Origin: Candidatus Woesearchaeota archaeon
GTDB taxonomy: Archaea > Nanobdellota > Nanobdellia > SCGC-AAA011-G17 > GW2011-AR20
Direction: 5' to 3'
NCBI GenBank assembly: GCA_018302685.1
Contig: JAGVZK010000005.1
Span: 1-10,621 of the forward strand
Length of the DNA stretch: 10,621 bases
Made by a program: the position numbers and the translations under genes. Positions within the stretch are counted from its first letter, which is position 1. Each line of letters opens with the position of its first letter. The notes beneath the pieces were generated by a model. It did no database searches. It saw only the letters and a program-made list of their open reading frames with translations, and was not told where the DNA came from. Shown here in pieces: positions 1-7,035 of this stretch.

Positions 1-110
1 CCTTAGGAAAAACTCCAGCAGAAGAGGCAGGATTTGCTATTGACTTAGGAAAGAATAAGTGGAGAAAGTTGATAGAAATAGCCTCTTATTTCAAAAATTA
101 TGCCCCGTAG
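1..110 (+). CDS. 3' end of an unknown plus-strand gene, partial and entering from the left edge
   Basis: Frame 3 is open from the window edge to TAG at 108..110 (…LGKTPAEEAGFAIDLGKNKWRKLIEIASYFKNYAP*). It is convergent with the minus-strand operon. No recognisable motif. Confidence 0.3.
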   Translation, partial: LGKTPAEEAGFAIDLGKNKWRKLIEIASYFKNYAP

Positions 111-207
111 AGTTTACATTACACTAAAACTATTCAATGAGAAAATCATTCAAATGATTTAATTTATCTTTGTTGGTTCTGTCAGAATTGAGAGATAAAT
201 CGTTTTC

Positions 208-216
208 AAAAAAAAA
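208..216 (-). terminator. Oligo-T tract (T9 on the minus strand) just downstream of the last operon gene, a possible intrinsic or archaeal-type terminator
   Basis: The minus strand reads TAA-TTCTTTC-TTTTTTTTT right after the DsbA stop (224..226). It is the only long T-run at the 3' end of the 9-kb gene string. No strong hairpin precedes it. Confidence 0.3.
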
Positions 217-223
217 GAAAGAA

Positions 224-928
224 TTAAAGCTGGGTTTCTATCACCTGCTGAAAGTTAGCGAATGGCTGTGCACCGCTGACAGGCACATTCCCAACAAGGA
301 AATAAGGAGTCCCTCTTCCGCCGGAAGCTGATGCGTCTTTCAAATCATTTTGTATTTCACTAGCATACTTCTGGCTGTCAAAGCATTCATTGAACTGTCC
401 GGTGTTTAATCCAAGATCAACTGCAAACTGTTTCAATAATGATTCGCTCAGAGATGCCTGATTCGTGAATATCATGTTGTGGTATTCCCAGAACATTCCC
501 TGCTCATCCGCGCACTCGGAAGCCAGCGCTGAAGGCATGGCCATGGGATGGAAGCTTAATGGAAAATCCCTGTACACAAACTTCACTTTTCCGGTGTCAA
601 TATACTGCTCCTTTATCTGCTGAAATGCATCCTCGTGAAACCTTCCGCAGTAGGGGCATTGAAAGTCCGAAAACTCAACTATTGTCAGCGGAGCATTCTT
701 ATCTCCTAAAAAGGGATCATCATCAGTGTATTCCTGAGCAGACACTTCAATGATTCCTTCGTTCCCTTGAGCTGTTGGTGCAGTATTTGCATCCGCTACA
801 GCCTCAGTGCTACTGTTTCCAAATCCTCCGGTTGATATTGAAATCACAAGCAGGACAACAAGAACACCGCTTATTATCTGCCACATCGTGGATTTTTTTA
901 TCGTGACTTTTTCCTCTTCTTTTGCCAT
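224..928 (-). CDS. DsbA-family thiol:disulfide oxidoreductase (thioredoxin fold), N-terminally membrane-anchored or secreted
   Basis: 234 aa. It has an N-terminal TM/signal anchor (MWQIISGVLVVLLVISIS) and the active-site box FSDFQCPYCGRFH (CPYC). DsbA/BdbD-like blocks include IVEFSDFQCPYC, VKFVYRDFPL and GTPYFLVG (cis-Pro loop). A strong SD (AAGGAGGT) lies upstream of the ATG at 928. Confidence 0.85.
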   Translation of the reverse strand: MAKEEEKVTIKKSTMWQIISGVLVVLLVISISTGGFGNSSTEAVADANTAPTAQGNEGIIEVSAQEYTDDDPFLGDKNAPLTIVEFSDFQCPYCGRFHEDAFQQIKEQYIDTGKVKFVYRDFPLSFHPMAMPSALASECADEQGMFWEYHNMIFTNQASLSESLLKQFAVDLGLNTGQFNECFDSQKYASEIQNDLKDASASGGRGTPYFLVGNVPVSGAQPFANFQQVIETQL

Positions 929-941
929 GTTATAACCTCCT

Positions 942-1370
942 TTATTTAACTATTAGCCTTCCAGCCATGCTGCTGTGGTCTTCCCCGCAGAATACATTGC
1001 AGTAAAATTCAAACTCCCCTTTCTTGTCCGCTATGAATTTCACATCAACGGTTTCTCCCGGATTTAGATATTCATTAACCCCAAATTCAGATATTGCAAT
1101 CCCATGGGCCACATCAACGCTTTCAACATGAAGGATTACTCTGTCGCCTTCATTCACAGTTATCACTGACGGCTCAAATTCCCACTGCCTTGCAATTATA
1201 TCAAATTCCTTTACACTAACCGGCTCATTGATGTCTTCCATTTCTTGCTTGGAAATGCTGTTTCCTGAAACCTGAGCTTCATAAGAAACGCCCTCAGTAT
1301 TGCCATCGGGAGACGAGCACCCTGTTGTAAGCACTGCCAGCAAAAAAATAACAATAAAGTAGCTTTTCAT
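942..1370 (-). CDS. Stand-alone CuA-type cupredoxin domain protein (CoxII-like soluble domain), probable lipoprotein or secreted
   Basis: 142 aa. The signal peptide has a lipobox-like LTTGC. The motif VAH-x34-C-NVF-C-GED-H-SS-M exactly matches the CuA consensus H-x34-C-x3-C-x3-H-x2-M. SD is GAGGTGAT. No oxidase subunit I is present in the window. Confidence 0.8.
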   Translation of the reverse strand: MKSYFIVIFLLAVLTTGCSSPDGNTEGVSYEAQVSGNSISKQEMEDINEPVSVKEFDIIARQWEFEPSVITVNEGDRVILHVESVDVAHGIAISEFGVNEYLNPGETVDVKFIADKKGEFEFYCNVFCGEDHSSMAGRLIVK

Positions 1371-1379
1371 CCTATCACC

Positions 1380-1472
1380 TCAGCAGCATTCGCAGCCAGC
1401 TCCGCATGAGCAGTCTGACTTCATTTCAGCTTTTCTCTTCCTCTCATCTTTTTCTTTCATCTTGTCCTCCAT
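1380..1472 (-). CDS. Unannotated Cys-rich micro-protein (26-32 aa), a putative metallothionein-like metal-binding peptide
   Basis: My own translation of the minus strand gives MEDKMKEKDERKRKAEMKSDCSCGAGCECC*. The 5 Cys sit in the last 10 residues. An internal ATG at 1460 has a GGAGGA box 5 nt upstream and is the likeliest start (26 aa), and an in-frame ATG also exists at 1478. The ORF fills the copA-cupredoxin gap exactly, and its 3' end (TGAGGTGATAGG) supplies the SD of the next gene. Confidence 0.55.
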   Translation of the reverse strand: MEDKMKEKDERKRKAEMKSDCSCGAGCECC

Positions 1473-1493
1473 TAGCATTATAGAAATACAATT

Positions 1494-3491
1494 TTACTTA
1501 CCTTTGTTTGGTATATAAATTTTTCTAAAGTATTTGTTCAATGACCCCCTTAACAGATTTGCATTCGTGACAACAGTTATGCTTGACAGCGCCATTGCAA
1601 TTTCAGCTATTACAGGATGCAGTAATCCTGCCACAGCCAGCGGAATTGCGACCGTATTGTATGCAAAGGCCCAGAATAGATTCTGCTTTATTTTCTTGAA
1701 TGTCAATTTTGACAGATAGATTGACTCAACAACTCCCATCAAAGATCCTTTTGCAAGTACTATGTCGCCGGCCTCTATTGCGATATCAGTTCCTGTGCCC
1801 ATTGCAATCCCCACATTTGACTGCTTCAATGCAGGAGCGTCATTGATTCCATCACCTACAAAAGCAACCATCCCCTCTTTCTGGAGCTTCATAACAATTT
1901 TCGCCTTGTCTTCGGGAAGGACGTTTGCAACAAAGTCCTTTATTCCAACTTCTCCTGAGATTGCGCGGGCGGTCCTTTCATTGTCTCCTGTAATCATCAC
2001 AGTCTTATATCCATCTTTGTTAAGTCTTTCAACCGCATTTTTGGAGTCGTCCTTGACAGCATCAGCGACCGCGATAAACCCTATCACTTTTCCGTTCTCC
2101 GAGATTATCATCAGCGTTTTCCCCTGATCCTCAAATTTCTCTATGGTTTCTGAGTGGCTCTTTATGCTGATATTCCTTTCGTTCATGAGGGTTCTGTTGC
2201 CTATGACTATGTATTTTTTGCCGATATATCCCTCTACGCCTCTTCCTCTCAGAACTTTGAAATTTTTGACATTTTTGTATTTTTTCATGTTAATGTTTTC
2301 AACTATCGCCTTTGCGATTGGATGTCCGCTAAGCCTTTCAAGGCTTGCAGCAGTTTCCAAGAGATATTCTTTTTTGACATTTTCAGGATGAATATCAGTC
2401 AGTTGGGGCTTTCCTTTTGTGATTGTTCCTGTTTTGTCAAATACGACTGTTTTGACTTCCTTCATTGTCTGTATCGCCTCACCCTTTCTTATTAAAATTC
2501 CATTTTTGGCGCCCATCCCCGAGCCTGCCATCAGCGCTATCGGTGTAGCCAGCCCCAAAGCACATGGGCATGCAATTACCAAAACAGAAATTCCAATGCT
2601 TAATGCCCTGCTTAAATCCTGGCTGAACATCCACCAGTTGAAGAAAACAATGATTGTCAGCATGAGGATTATGGGAACAAAAATTCCCGTAATCTTGTCT
2701 GCTAATTTCTGAATTGGAATTTTTGTCCCCTGGGCTTCCTCAACCAATTTTACTATGTGTGCCAGGAATGTATCTTTTCCTATTTTTACAGCCCTTACAT
2801 ATAAAATCCCATCCTGATTTATTGTGGCTCCGATCACGTTATCCCCTTTCATTTTTTCAGAGGGAATGCTCTCTCCAGTGATCATGCTCTCATCAACAGA
2901 GCTTTCGCCTTTTGTTACAATGCCGTCTGTTGGGATTTTTTCCCCAGGCTTTATCACCATGATATCGCCTATCTTTATTTCAGAAACAGGAATTTTAGTT
3001 TCCTCGTCGTCTTTCAGTACTACCGCGCTCTTTGCCCCTAGCTCAAGCAATTTTTTTATCTCTGAGCTCGCTTTCCCCTTTGCTTTTGCCTCTACATATT
3101 TCCCTGTTATGAATATAGCCATTATCATCGAGGAAATTCCGGAATAATTCTGGGCAATATCGAAAAAACTCAGGAATCCAGTCAGGTATGCAACAATGGT
3201 TCCTAAAGAGATAAGAGAGTCCATGCTGAAGTAAAGGCTATAAAAACCCCTCAGCCCTCCTCTTATAGTTTCAAAACCGAATATAAATATTACCGGAAAT
3301 CCAAGAGCCAGAAGGATTATGTTCATTGACTGCTTAGGGGCAAGATCTATTCCAAGCAGTGCTCCTGAATACATGAATAAAACAATTGGAATCGTGAACA
3401 GCCACGCTCCGACAAGCCTCTTCTTCCAACCCCTTATTTCTTTTTCTTCTAGGGATAATTCACTGTGATCATGTCCGGAATGATTATGCAT
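1494..3491 (-). CDS. copA: Cu(I)/Ag(I)-exporting P1B-1-type ATPase
   Basis: 665 aa. P-type motifs are TGES, DKTGT, MITGDN and GDGINDAP. The P1B-1 metal-site signature is complete: CPC in TM6 ([11 protein letters not shown]), YN-x4-P (YNTVAIP) and M-x2-SS-x5-N ([11 protein letters not shown]). The N-terminus is His-rich ([11 protein letters not shown]) and there is no fused HMA domain. The start overlaps the copZ stop (ATGCATAA). Confidence 0.95.
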   Translation of the reverse strand: MHNHSGHDHSELSLEEKEIRGWKKRLVGAWLFTIPIVLFMYSGALLGIDLAPKQSMNIILLALGFPVIFIFGFETIRGGLRGFYSLYFSMDSLISLGTIVAYLTGFLSFFDIAQNYSGISSMIMAIFITGKYVEAKAKGKASSEIKKLLELGAKSAVVLKDDEETKIPVSEIKIGDIMVIKPGEKIPTDGIVTKGESSVDESMITGESIPSEKMKGDNVIGATINQDGILYVRAVKIGKDTFLAHIVKLVEEAQGTKIPIQKLADKITGIFVPIILMLTIIVFFNWWMFSQDLSRALSIGISVLVIACPCALGLATPIALMAGSGMGAKNGILIRKGEAIQTMKEVKTVVFDKTGTITKGKPQLTDIHPENVKKEYLLETAASLERLSGHPIAKAIVENINMKKYKNVKNFKVLRGRGVEGYIGKKYIVIGNRTLMNERNISIKSHSETIEKFEDQGKTLMIISENGKVIGFIAVADAVKDDSKNAVERLNKDGYKTVMITGDNERTARAISGEVGIKDFVANVLPEDKAKIVMKLQKEGMVAFVGDGINDAPALKQSNVGIAMGTGTDIAIEAGDIVLAKGSLMGVVESIYLSKLTFKKIKQNLFWAFAYNTVAIPLAVAGLLHPVIAEIAMALSSITVVTNANLLRGSLNKYFRKIYIPNKGK

Positions 3492-3702
3492 TTTCTATCG
3501 ATGCCACCTTGTAACCTGCTCTTGAAACTGCTTTTTTAAGATCATCATTGGTTACACTGTCTTCAGCTTCAACGTATCCTTTTCTCATGACGAGGTTGAC
3601 ATTTGCATCCTTGACTCCGGAAACTTTTTTCAGGCTCCTTTCTATGTTGGATGCGCACGATGCACAGTGCATTCCTTCAATCATTAATTTTATTTTTTTC
3701 AT
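3484..3702 (-). CDS. copZ: HMA-domain copper chaperone
   Basis: 72 aa. It has [15 protein letters not shown] (the GMxCxxC metal-binding loop) and a length typical of a ferredoxin-like fold. It is translationally coupled to copA by an 8-nt overlap. Confidence 0.9.
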   Translation of the reverse strand: MKKIKLMIEGMHCASCASNIERSLKKVSGVKDANVNLVMRKGYVEAEDSVTNDDLKKAVSRAGYKVASIENA

Positions 3703-3711
3703 ATTTCCCCC

Positions 3712-3834
3712 CTATTTCTTATTCGGTTTCTGAATTTGTTTTGCCAGGTAGAATATTAACAGCACAAGCGCTATGACCACTAATATCCACATTACAAATC
3801 CAAAAAACCACATCCCATTGTAGTAATTAATCAT
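3712..3834 (-). CDS. Unannotated 40-aa single-TM micro-protein
   Basis: My own translation gives MINYYNGMWFFGFVMWILVVIALVLLIFYLAKQIQKPNKK*. A GGGGGCTGAGAAT box precedes the ATG at 3834. The ORF fills the gap between the cupredoxin-like gene and copZ. It has a clean aromatic/hydrophobic helix and a basic tail. Confidence 0.5.
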   Translation of the reverse strand: MINYYNGMWFFGFVMWILVVIALVLLIFYLAKQIQKPNKK

Positions 3835-3855
3835 ATTCTCAGCCCCCAATAATTT

Positions 3856-4230
3856 TTATTCAACTATTATTGTCCCAGTCCCCATCCCCATTGCGCACGC
3901 AAATCTGAATGTTCCTTTCTTGTCGGGGACAAATTCAACGTAATCCTCAGGCGTTCTTAAATTCTTTGAGACTCCAAAGTCTCTTATCGTAAATGACCTA
4001 TAGCACCCTGTAATGCTGCTGTCCAGCCTTATTCTGACAGGAATTCCTTTTTTTACAGTGATTGTATTTGGATAATAATTGTAATTCCTCATACTCAGTG
4101 TTATTTCCTGTATGATATCATCCTCTTTTGCCCCATCAGGATTTCCTTTTCCATTTCCATTCACAAACACAAACGCTCCGACCGATATAATAATGGCCAC
4201 TATTATCAGCAATATTGTTGTATTTTTCAT
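3856..4230 (-). CDS. Membrane-anchored cupredoxin-like protein with a Cys/Met-substituted metal site, paralog of 942..1370
   Basis: 124 aa with an N-terminal TM. It shares the DKKG-x-F-x-F-x-C block with the CuA cupredoxin (PDKKGTFRFAC versus ADKKGEFEFYC). The ligand pattern is C-x35-C-x-M-x-M (ITGCY…FACAMGMGTG) instead of H…CxxxCxxxHxxM. It has an ATGA-type overlap with the upstream gene. Confidence 0.65.
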   Translation of the reverse strand: MKNTTILLIIVAIIISVGAFVFVNGNGKGNPDGAKEDDIIQEITLSMRNYNYYPNTITVKKGIPVRIRLDSSITGCYRSFTIRDFGVSKNLRTPEDYVEFVPDKKGTFRFACAMGMGTGTIIVE

Positions 4231-4910
4231 CAGAATATTCCCCCTCTTGGTCCAAAGACAATCATCAGCGATGTCAATGAGGTTAATATCAAGCTTGCAA
4301 ATAAAGTGAACACATAGTCCTCCTTTACCATCCTCTCGCTTTCTTTTGTTTCTTTGTAGATCATGTAGTTCAATCCAATTAATATGACGCCTGATATTAT
4401 AAATACAATTACGGACGCTTCTTTCAGATGGTCATTTACCATCATAACAGAGCTCATTGCCCCCATTATTCCCCCCATGAAGCCAGCAGTTATCCCCTCC
4501 ATGAATCCCATAATCCCACAGCAAAGGCCATTGTAAATCCCGAATGTTATTCCAACAATCATCCCAAAAACACTTCCCCAGAACATGCCATTTGCAGCAC
4601 CAATGTAAAATCCCGCTAAAAATCCAGAGATCATTCCAACTGTCATTCCTATCATCATTCCAGACATGCATGCAAATTCCCTGTATGCTCTTACTTGCCT
4701 TATTGATGGCAGCAATATTGCATAGCTCAAAACAGAAAGAAATATCAGCAATCCATATCTAGGCATAAACTCCTCTATATACCGGAATTTTACAAAATAA
4801 AGAAGAGCCAGTAGTCCGAATGATATTAATAAAGAGTAGAGTATAGTTCTTATCAGTTCACCCTCAACCCTATTTCCATTCAACTCCCTTGCAAATAATT
4901 TCAAGCTCAT
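4230..4910 (-). CDS. Polytopic membrane protein with Gly/Met-rich (glycine-zipper-like) helices, unknown function
   Basis: 226 aa with about 6 hydrophobic segments. The central region is MSGMMIGMTVGMISGFLAGFYIGAANGMFWGSVFGMIVGITFGIYNGLCCGIMGFMEGITAGFMGGIMGAMSSVMM, with repeated GxxxG/M spacing and one CC pair. I recognise no family. Confidence 0.6.
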   Translation of the reverse strand: MSLKLFARELNGNRVEGELIRTILYSLLISFGLLALLYFVKFRYIEEFMPRYGLLIFLSVLSYAILLPSIRQVRAYREFACMSGMMIGMTVGMISGFLAGFYIGAANGMFWGSVFGMIVGITFGIYNGLCCGIMGFMEGITAGFMGGIMGAMSSVMMVNDHLKEASVIVFIISGVILIGLNYMIYKETKESERMVKEDYVFTLFASLILTSLTSLMIVFGPRGGIF

Positions 4911-4917
4911 ATTTTAC

Positions 4918-5214
4918 CTACCCCTTTATTCTATTGTAAATCATTGCAAATAAATATCCTGCGATAAGGGATAATGCAATTATTTCAATTAATCCTAAAA
5001 TCGTGTCTATAAATGGTAAAGACTCTTCTGCTATCCTGCTTATATCTATCCCATGAAATAAAAACCCAAATGCCTTCACCATCCCTGCTGGAAAGATCGC
5101 AATTAAGATAGCGCAGAGAATATATATGACCCCAAATGTTCCTGCCAAACTGAAGGCAAATTTTTTTTCATTTAACTTATTCCCCACTTTTGTCATCCCC
5201 CTTATTTTTACCAT
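4918..5214 (-). CDS. Small two-TM membrane protein that resembles the DUF5676 family
   Basis: 98 aa or less. Alternative starts are ATG 5196 and GTG 5187, which has GGGGGA 8 nt upstream. It has two TM helices, and the C-terminal …GYLFAMIYNRIKG resembles the …WLYN end I recall for DUF5676. The family call is from memory only. Confidence 0.55.
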   Translation of the reverse strand: MVKIRGMTKVGNKLNEKKFAFSLAGTFGVIYILCAILIAIFPAGMVKAFGFLFHGIDISRIAEESLPFIDTILGLIEIIALSLIAGYLFAMIYNRIKG

Positions 5215-5392
5215 GACCTCGAAAGTGATGCTTCATCACTATAATATGCAAAACAATCATTAATATAACTATCGCCATGATTGTAAATTTGCTGGAAATG
5301 CCTAAAAATGATATTGCCGATACTAGAACAAATGGAATTAAGCACGCCAAAGTCATCATTATTATGTGAACATGCTCTTTTTTATGCGGCAT
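5177..5392 (-). CDS. Small His-rich two-TM membrane protein
   Basis: 71 aa with MPHKKEHVH at the N-terminus and MKHHFRGHGKNKGDD at the C-terminus. HIIMMTLACLIPFVL resembles the H-x-MM-x-(C/A)C-x-x-P small proteins often found near heavy-metal ATPases. AAGGGGGA lies 9 nt upstream. It overlaps both neighbours. Confidence 0.55.
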   Translation of the reverse strand: MPHKKEHVHIIMMTLACLIPFVLVSAISFLGISSKFTIMAIVILMIVLHIIVMKHHFRGHGKNKGDDKSGE

Positions 5393-5909
5393 CTTGATTA
5401 ATCCCCCTTGGTTTGCATAAACTATTGATTGACATTCCAGTAAGGTAGATTGAAATAAGCAATATTAAAATTCCAAAAAGCTGAAGCTCAACCCCTTTAA
5501 ATGGAAAATACATGAGAGTAAATGGAAGTCCTATCAACCCAAACAAAAATGCTCCGCAGGTAGGGCATCCAACCCCAAATGCACTGATCCCGGATCCAAT
5601 AAATCCAAGAAACCCTTTCCCAGTAATTTTATTATGCAATCTAAATTTAAATAAGATCATAGAGAGCAATATTCCAGATAATGCAGAGGTAGCCAAGATG
5701 GAAGCCACACTAAAGGTTATAAAAGTAGGCCCGGACATCATTATGGATGTCCATAAACTATTATGCGCAACTTTGGCAACTAAAAAATAATATAATACTG
5801 CAAATATCAATATGCCTGAGACTAAACTGATTATTTTGTATCTTCTCCCGGTTAGAGCCAGGCCAATGCCTATGTTAAATTCCCTGAGATTTTCCTTTAT
5901 TGCAGTCAT
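5382..5909 (-). CDS. Polytopic membrane protein with an intramembrane CPTC motif, unknown family
   Basis: 175 aa with 4-5 TM segments. The pair sits in a Gly-rich helix start (GSGISAFGVGCPTCGAFLFGLIGLP). Its architecture loosely parallels the 145-aa protein at 6121..6558. Confidence 0.6.
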   Translation of the reverse strand: MTAIKENLREFNIGIGLALTGRRYKIISLVSGILIFAVLYYFLVAKVAHNSLWTSIMMSGPTFITFSVASILATSALSGILLSMILFKFRLHNKITGKGFLGFIGSGISAFGVGCPTCGAFLFGLIGLPFTLMYFPFKGVELQLFGILILLISIYLTGMSINSLCKPRGINQDAA

Positions 5910-5918
5910 TTTATTAAA

Positions 5919-6128
5919 TTATTCCAAGCATTCTTTGTAAATATTGGGATGATGACTCATATGCTCTCTCCATGATTCTTCAGTGTATCCTGACTCTGGT
6001 GAGCATTTGTCTTCCAAACCTTTTCCAGAGTCTTTCCATGCCTGAATTATTCCAGGAAAGAATGTTAAAAGCAAAAGCCCTACTATCAGCAGGCAGGCAA
6101 TGACATACAAAATTATTCTTTTATCCAT
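5919..6128 (-). CDS. Small TM-anchored protein with a Cys/His/Met tail
   Basis: 69 aa with an N-terminal TM (IILYVIACLLIVGLLLLTFF). The tail is …EDKCSPESGYTEESWREHMSHHPNIYKECLE, with two Cys flanking an HMSHH box. AGGAGGA lies 7 nt upstream. There is an 8-nt overlap with the upstream gene. Confidence 0.6.
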   Translation of the reverse strand: MDKRIILYVIACLLIVGLLLLTFFPGIIQAWKDSGKGLEDKCSPESGYTEESWREHMSHHPNIYKECLE

Positions 6129-6558
6129 TTTTCATTCCTCCTTTCATTTTTCTTTTATGCCTTAGCATGATCATTATTCCAATTATGTTGGACAATATTC
6201 CTACTCCTAAAAACCAGGGCTGATATCTTGCCAGAAAAGTCGCCAGTACAGAAGCCCCTGCAAGAGGAATTATTTGAAGCAAAAAATGAGAGCAACAAGC
6301 AATCATGCTCCCTCCAGATATTGCACTCGTCCCAGCAACAGTTCCTGTAAGCTGTGCGGTATGTTTAATCGAAAAATATAATCCTATTTGTATTCCAAAT
6401 CCTGCGGCAAGGGGAAAAATCAGGTACCATAGGCCCCTCAGATTGAGAAGAGCAAATTCAATACCCCTAAAAATGCTTACAACGCCGAGGTAAAAAACAA
6501 GCAACCCAACCCCTGCCATCAATCCATACAGTGTTGCATTGCTTCTATTATTCTTCAT
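6121..6558 (-). CDS. Four-TM membrane protein with an intramembrane vicinal Cys pair (ACCSH), MerT-like in logic only
   Basis: 145 aa. GGSMIACCSHFLLQIIPLAG places CC-x-H at the start of a helix followed by Pro, as in CC-x-x-P metal-uptake helices. Homology was not established. Confidence 0.6.
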   Translation of the reverse strand: MKNNRSNATLYGLMAGVGLLVFYLGVVSIFRGIEFALLNLRGLWYLIFPLAAGFGIQIGLYFSIKHTAQLTGTVAGTSAISGGSMIACCSHFLLQIIPLAGASVLATFLARYQPWFLGVGILSNIIGIMIMLRHKRKMKGGMKNG

Positions 6559-6560
6559 TT

Positions 6561-7034
6561 TTATTCATTGCAACATTCAAGCAGTTTTTTGATGGAGGAG
6601 AAAATTCCTTTTTTCTCGCTGCCTTTTATTTCTACATTTTTTGAGGAGGAATTTAATTCCCAGAACAATCCATACAGTTCAGCGGAATCATGGTACATCC
6701 CCTTTGCCTCTTCTTCCTTTCCTTCATGAAATAATCTGTTAGCTGTCTCGTACAACCTCATGCTCGAGGCAAGAAAATGCTTGCTCATGCACCATTTCTC
6801 GCTTTCATCGTCTTTTTTTACAATTAGCAACATTAGATTTTTTCTCAACTCCCTGACTACGTCCAAAATTCTAAGAAATTTCTCATCTTTGGTTTTTGCA
6901 TAGCTGAAAAAGCAGTGCTCTTCAAGGCTTACAAGGTTCATAAGGCCAATGCTAAGATCTTCCCATACAGAAATATCTAATCCATTCTTTTTCTTTATTT
7001 CATCTATTTTTTTTATGAAGTTTTCCGATTTCAT
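6561..7034 (-). CDS. Soluble, probably cytoplasmic alpha-helical protein of unknown function ending in CC
   Basis: 157 aa with no hydrophobic segment. It is charged and helical, with EEHCFF, EKWCMSKH and C-terminal LLECCNE. Apart from CopZ and the Cys-rich micro-proteins at 1380..1472 and 8212..8322, it is the only clearly soluble non-secreted product in the operon. Confidence 0.6.
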   Translation of the reverse strand: MKSENFIKKIDEIKKKNGLDISVWEDLSIGLMNLVSLEEHCFFSYAKTKDEKFLRILDVVRELRKNLMLLIVKKDDESEKWCMSKHFLASSMRLYETANRLFHEGKEEEAKGMYHDSAELYGLFWELNSSSKNVEIKGSEKKGIFSSIKKLLECCNE

Positions 7035-7035
7035 T

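Noticed and set aside
143-160. Palindrome aaatcatt-ca-aatgattt downstream of the partial plus-strand ORF as an intrinsic terminator
   Set aside because: The stem is weak and AT-only with a 2-nt loop. Such palindromes are expected by chance in AT-rich intergenic DNA.
942-1370. CuA cupredoxin as cytochrome c oxidase subunit II of a respiratory operon
   Set aside because: It has no TM hairpin typical of CoxII. No subunit I or III gene is adjacent, and the context is copper export.
1380-1472. Cys-rich micro-peptide as a methanobactin-like (MbnA) RiPP precursor
   Set aside because: No MbnB/DUF692, MbnC or other maturase-like gene is visible in the window. A directly metal-binding mini-metallothionein is the simpler reading, so this is kept only as an alternative inside the finding.
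1534-3147. Six plus-strand ORFs (1534..1719, 1762..2127, 2143..2391, 2154..2495, 2419..2712, 2824..3147) inside the copA locus
   Set aside because: All lie antisense to a full-length ATPase gene rich in motifs. Their products are low-complexity Ser/Phe/Ile-rich shadows with no motifs or SD boxes.
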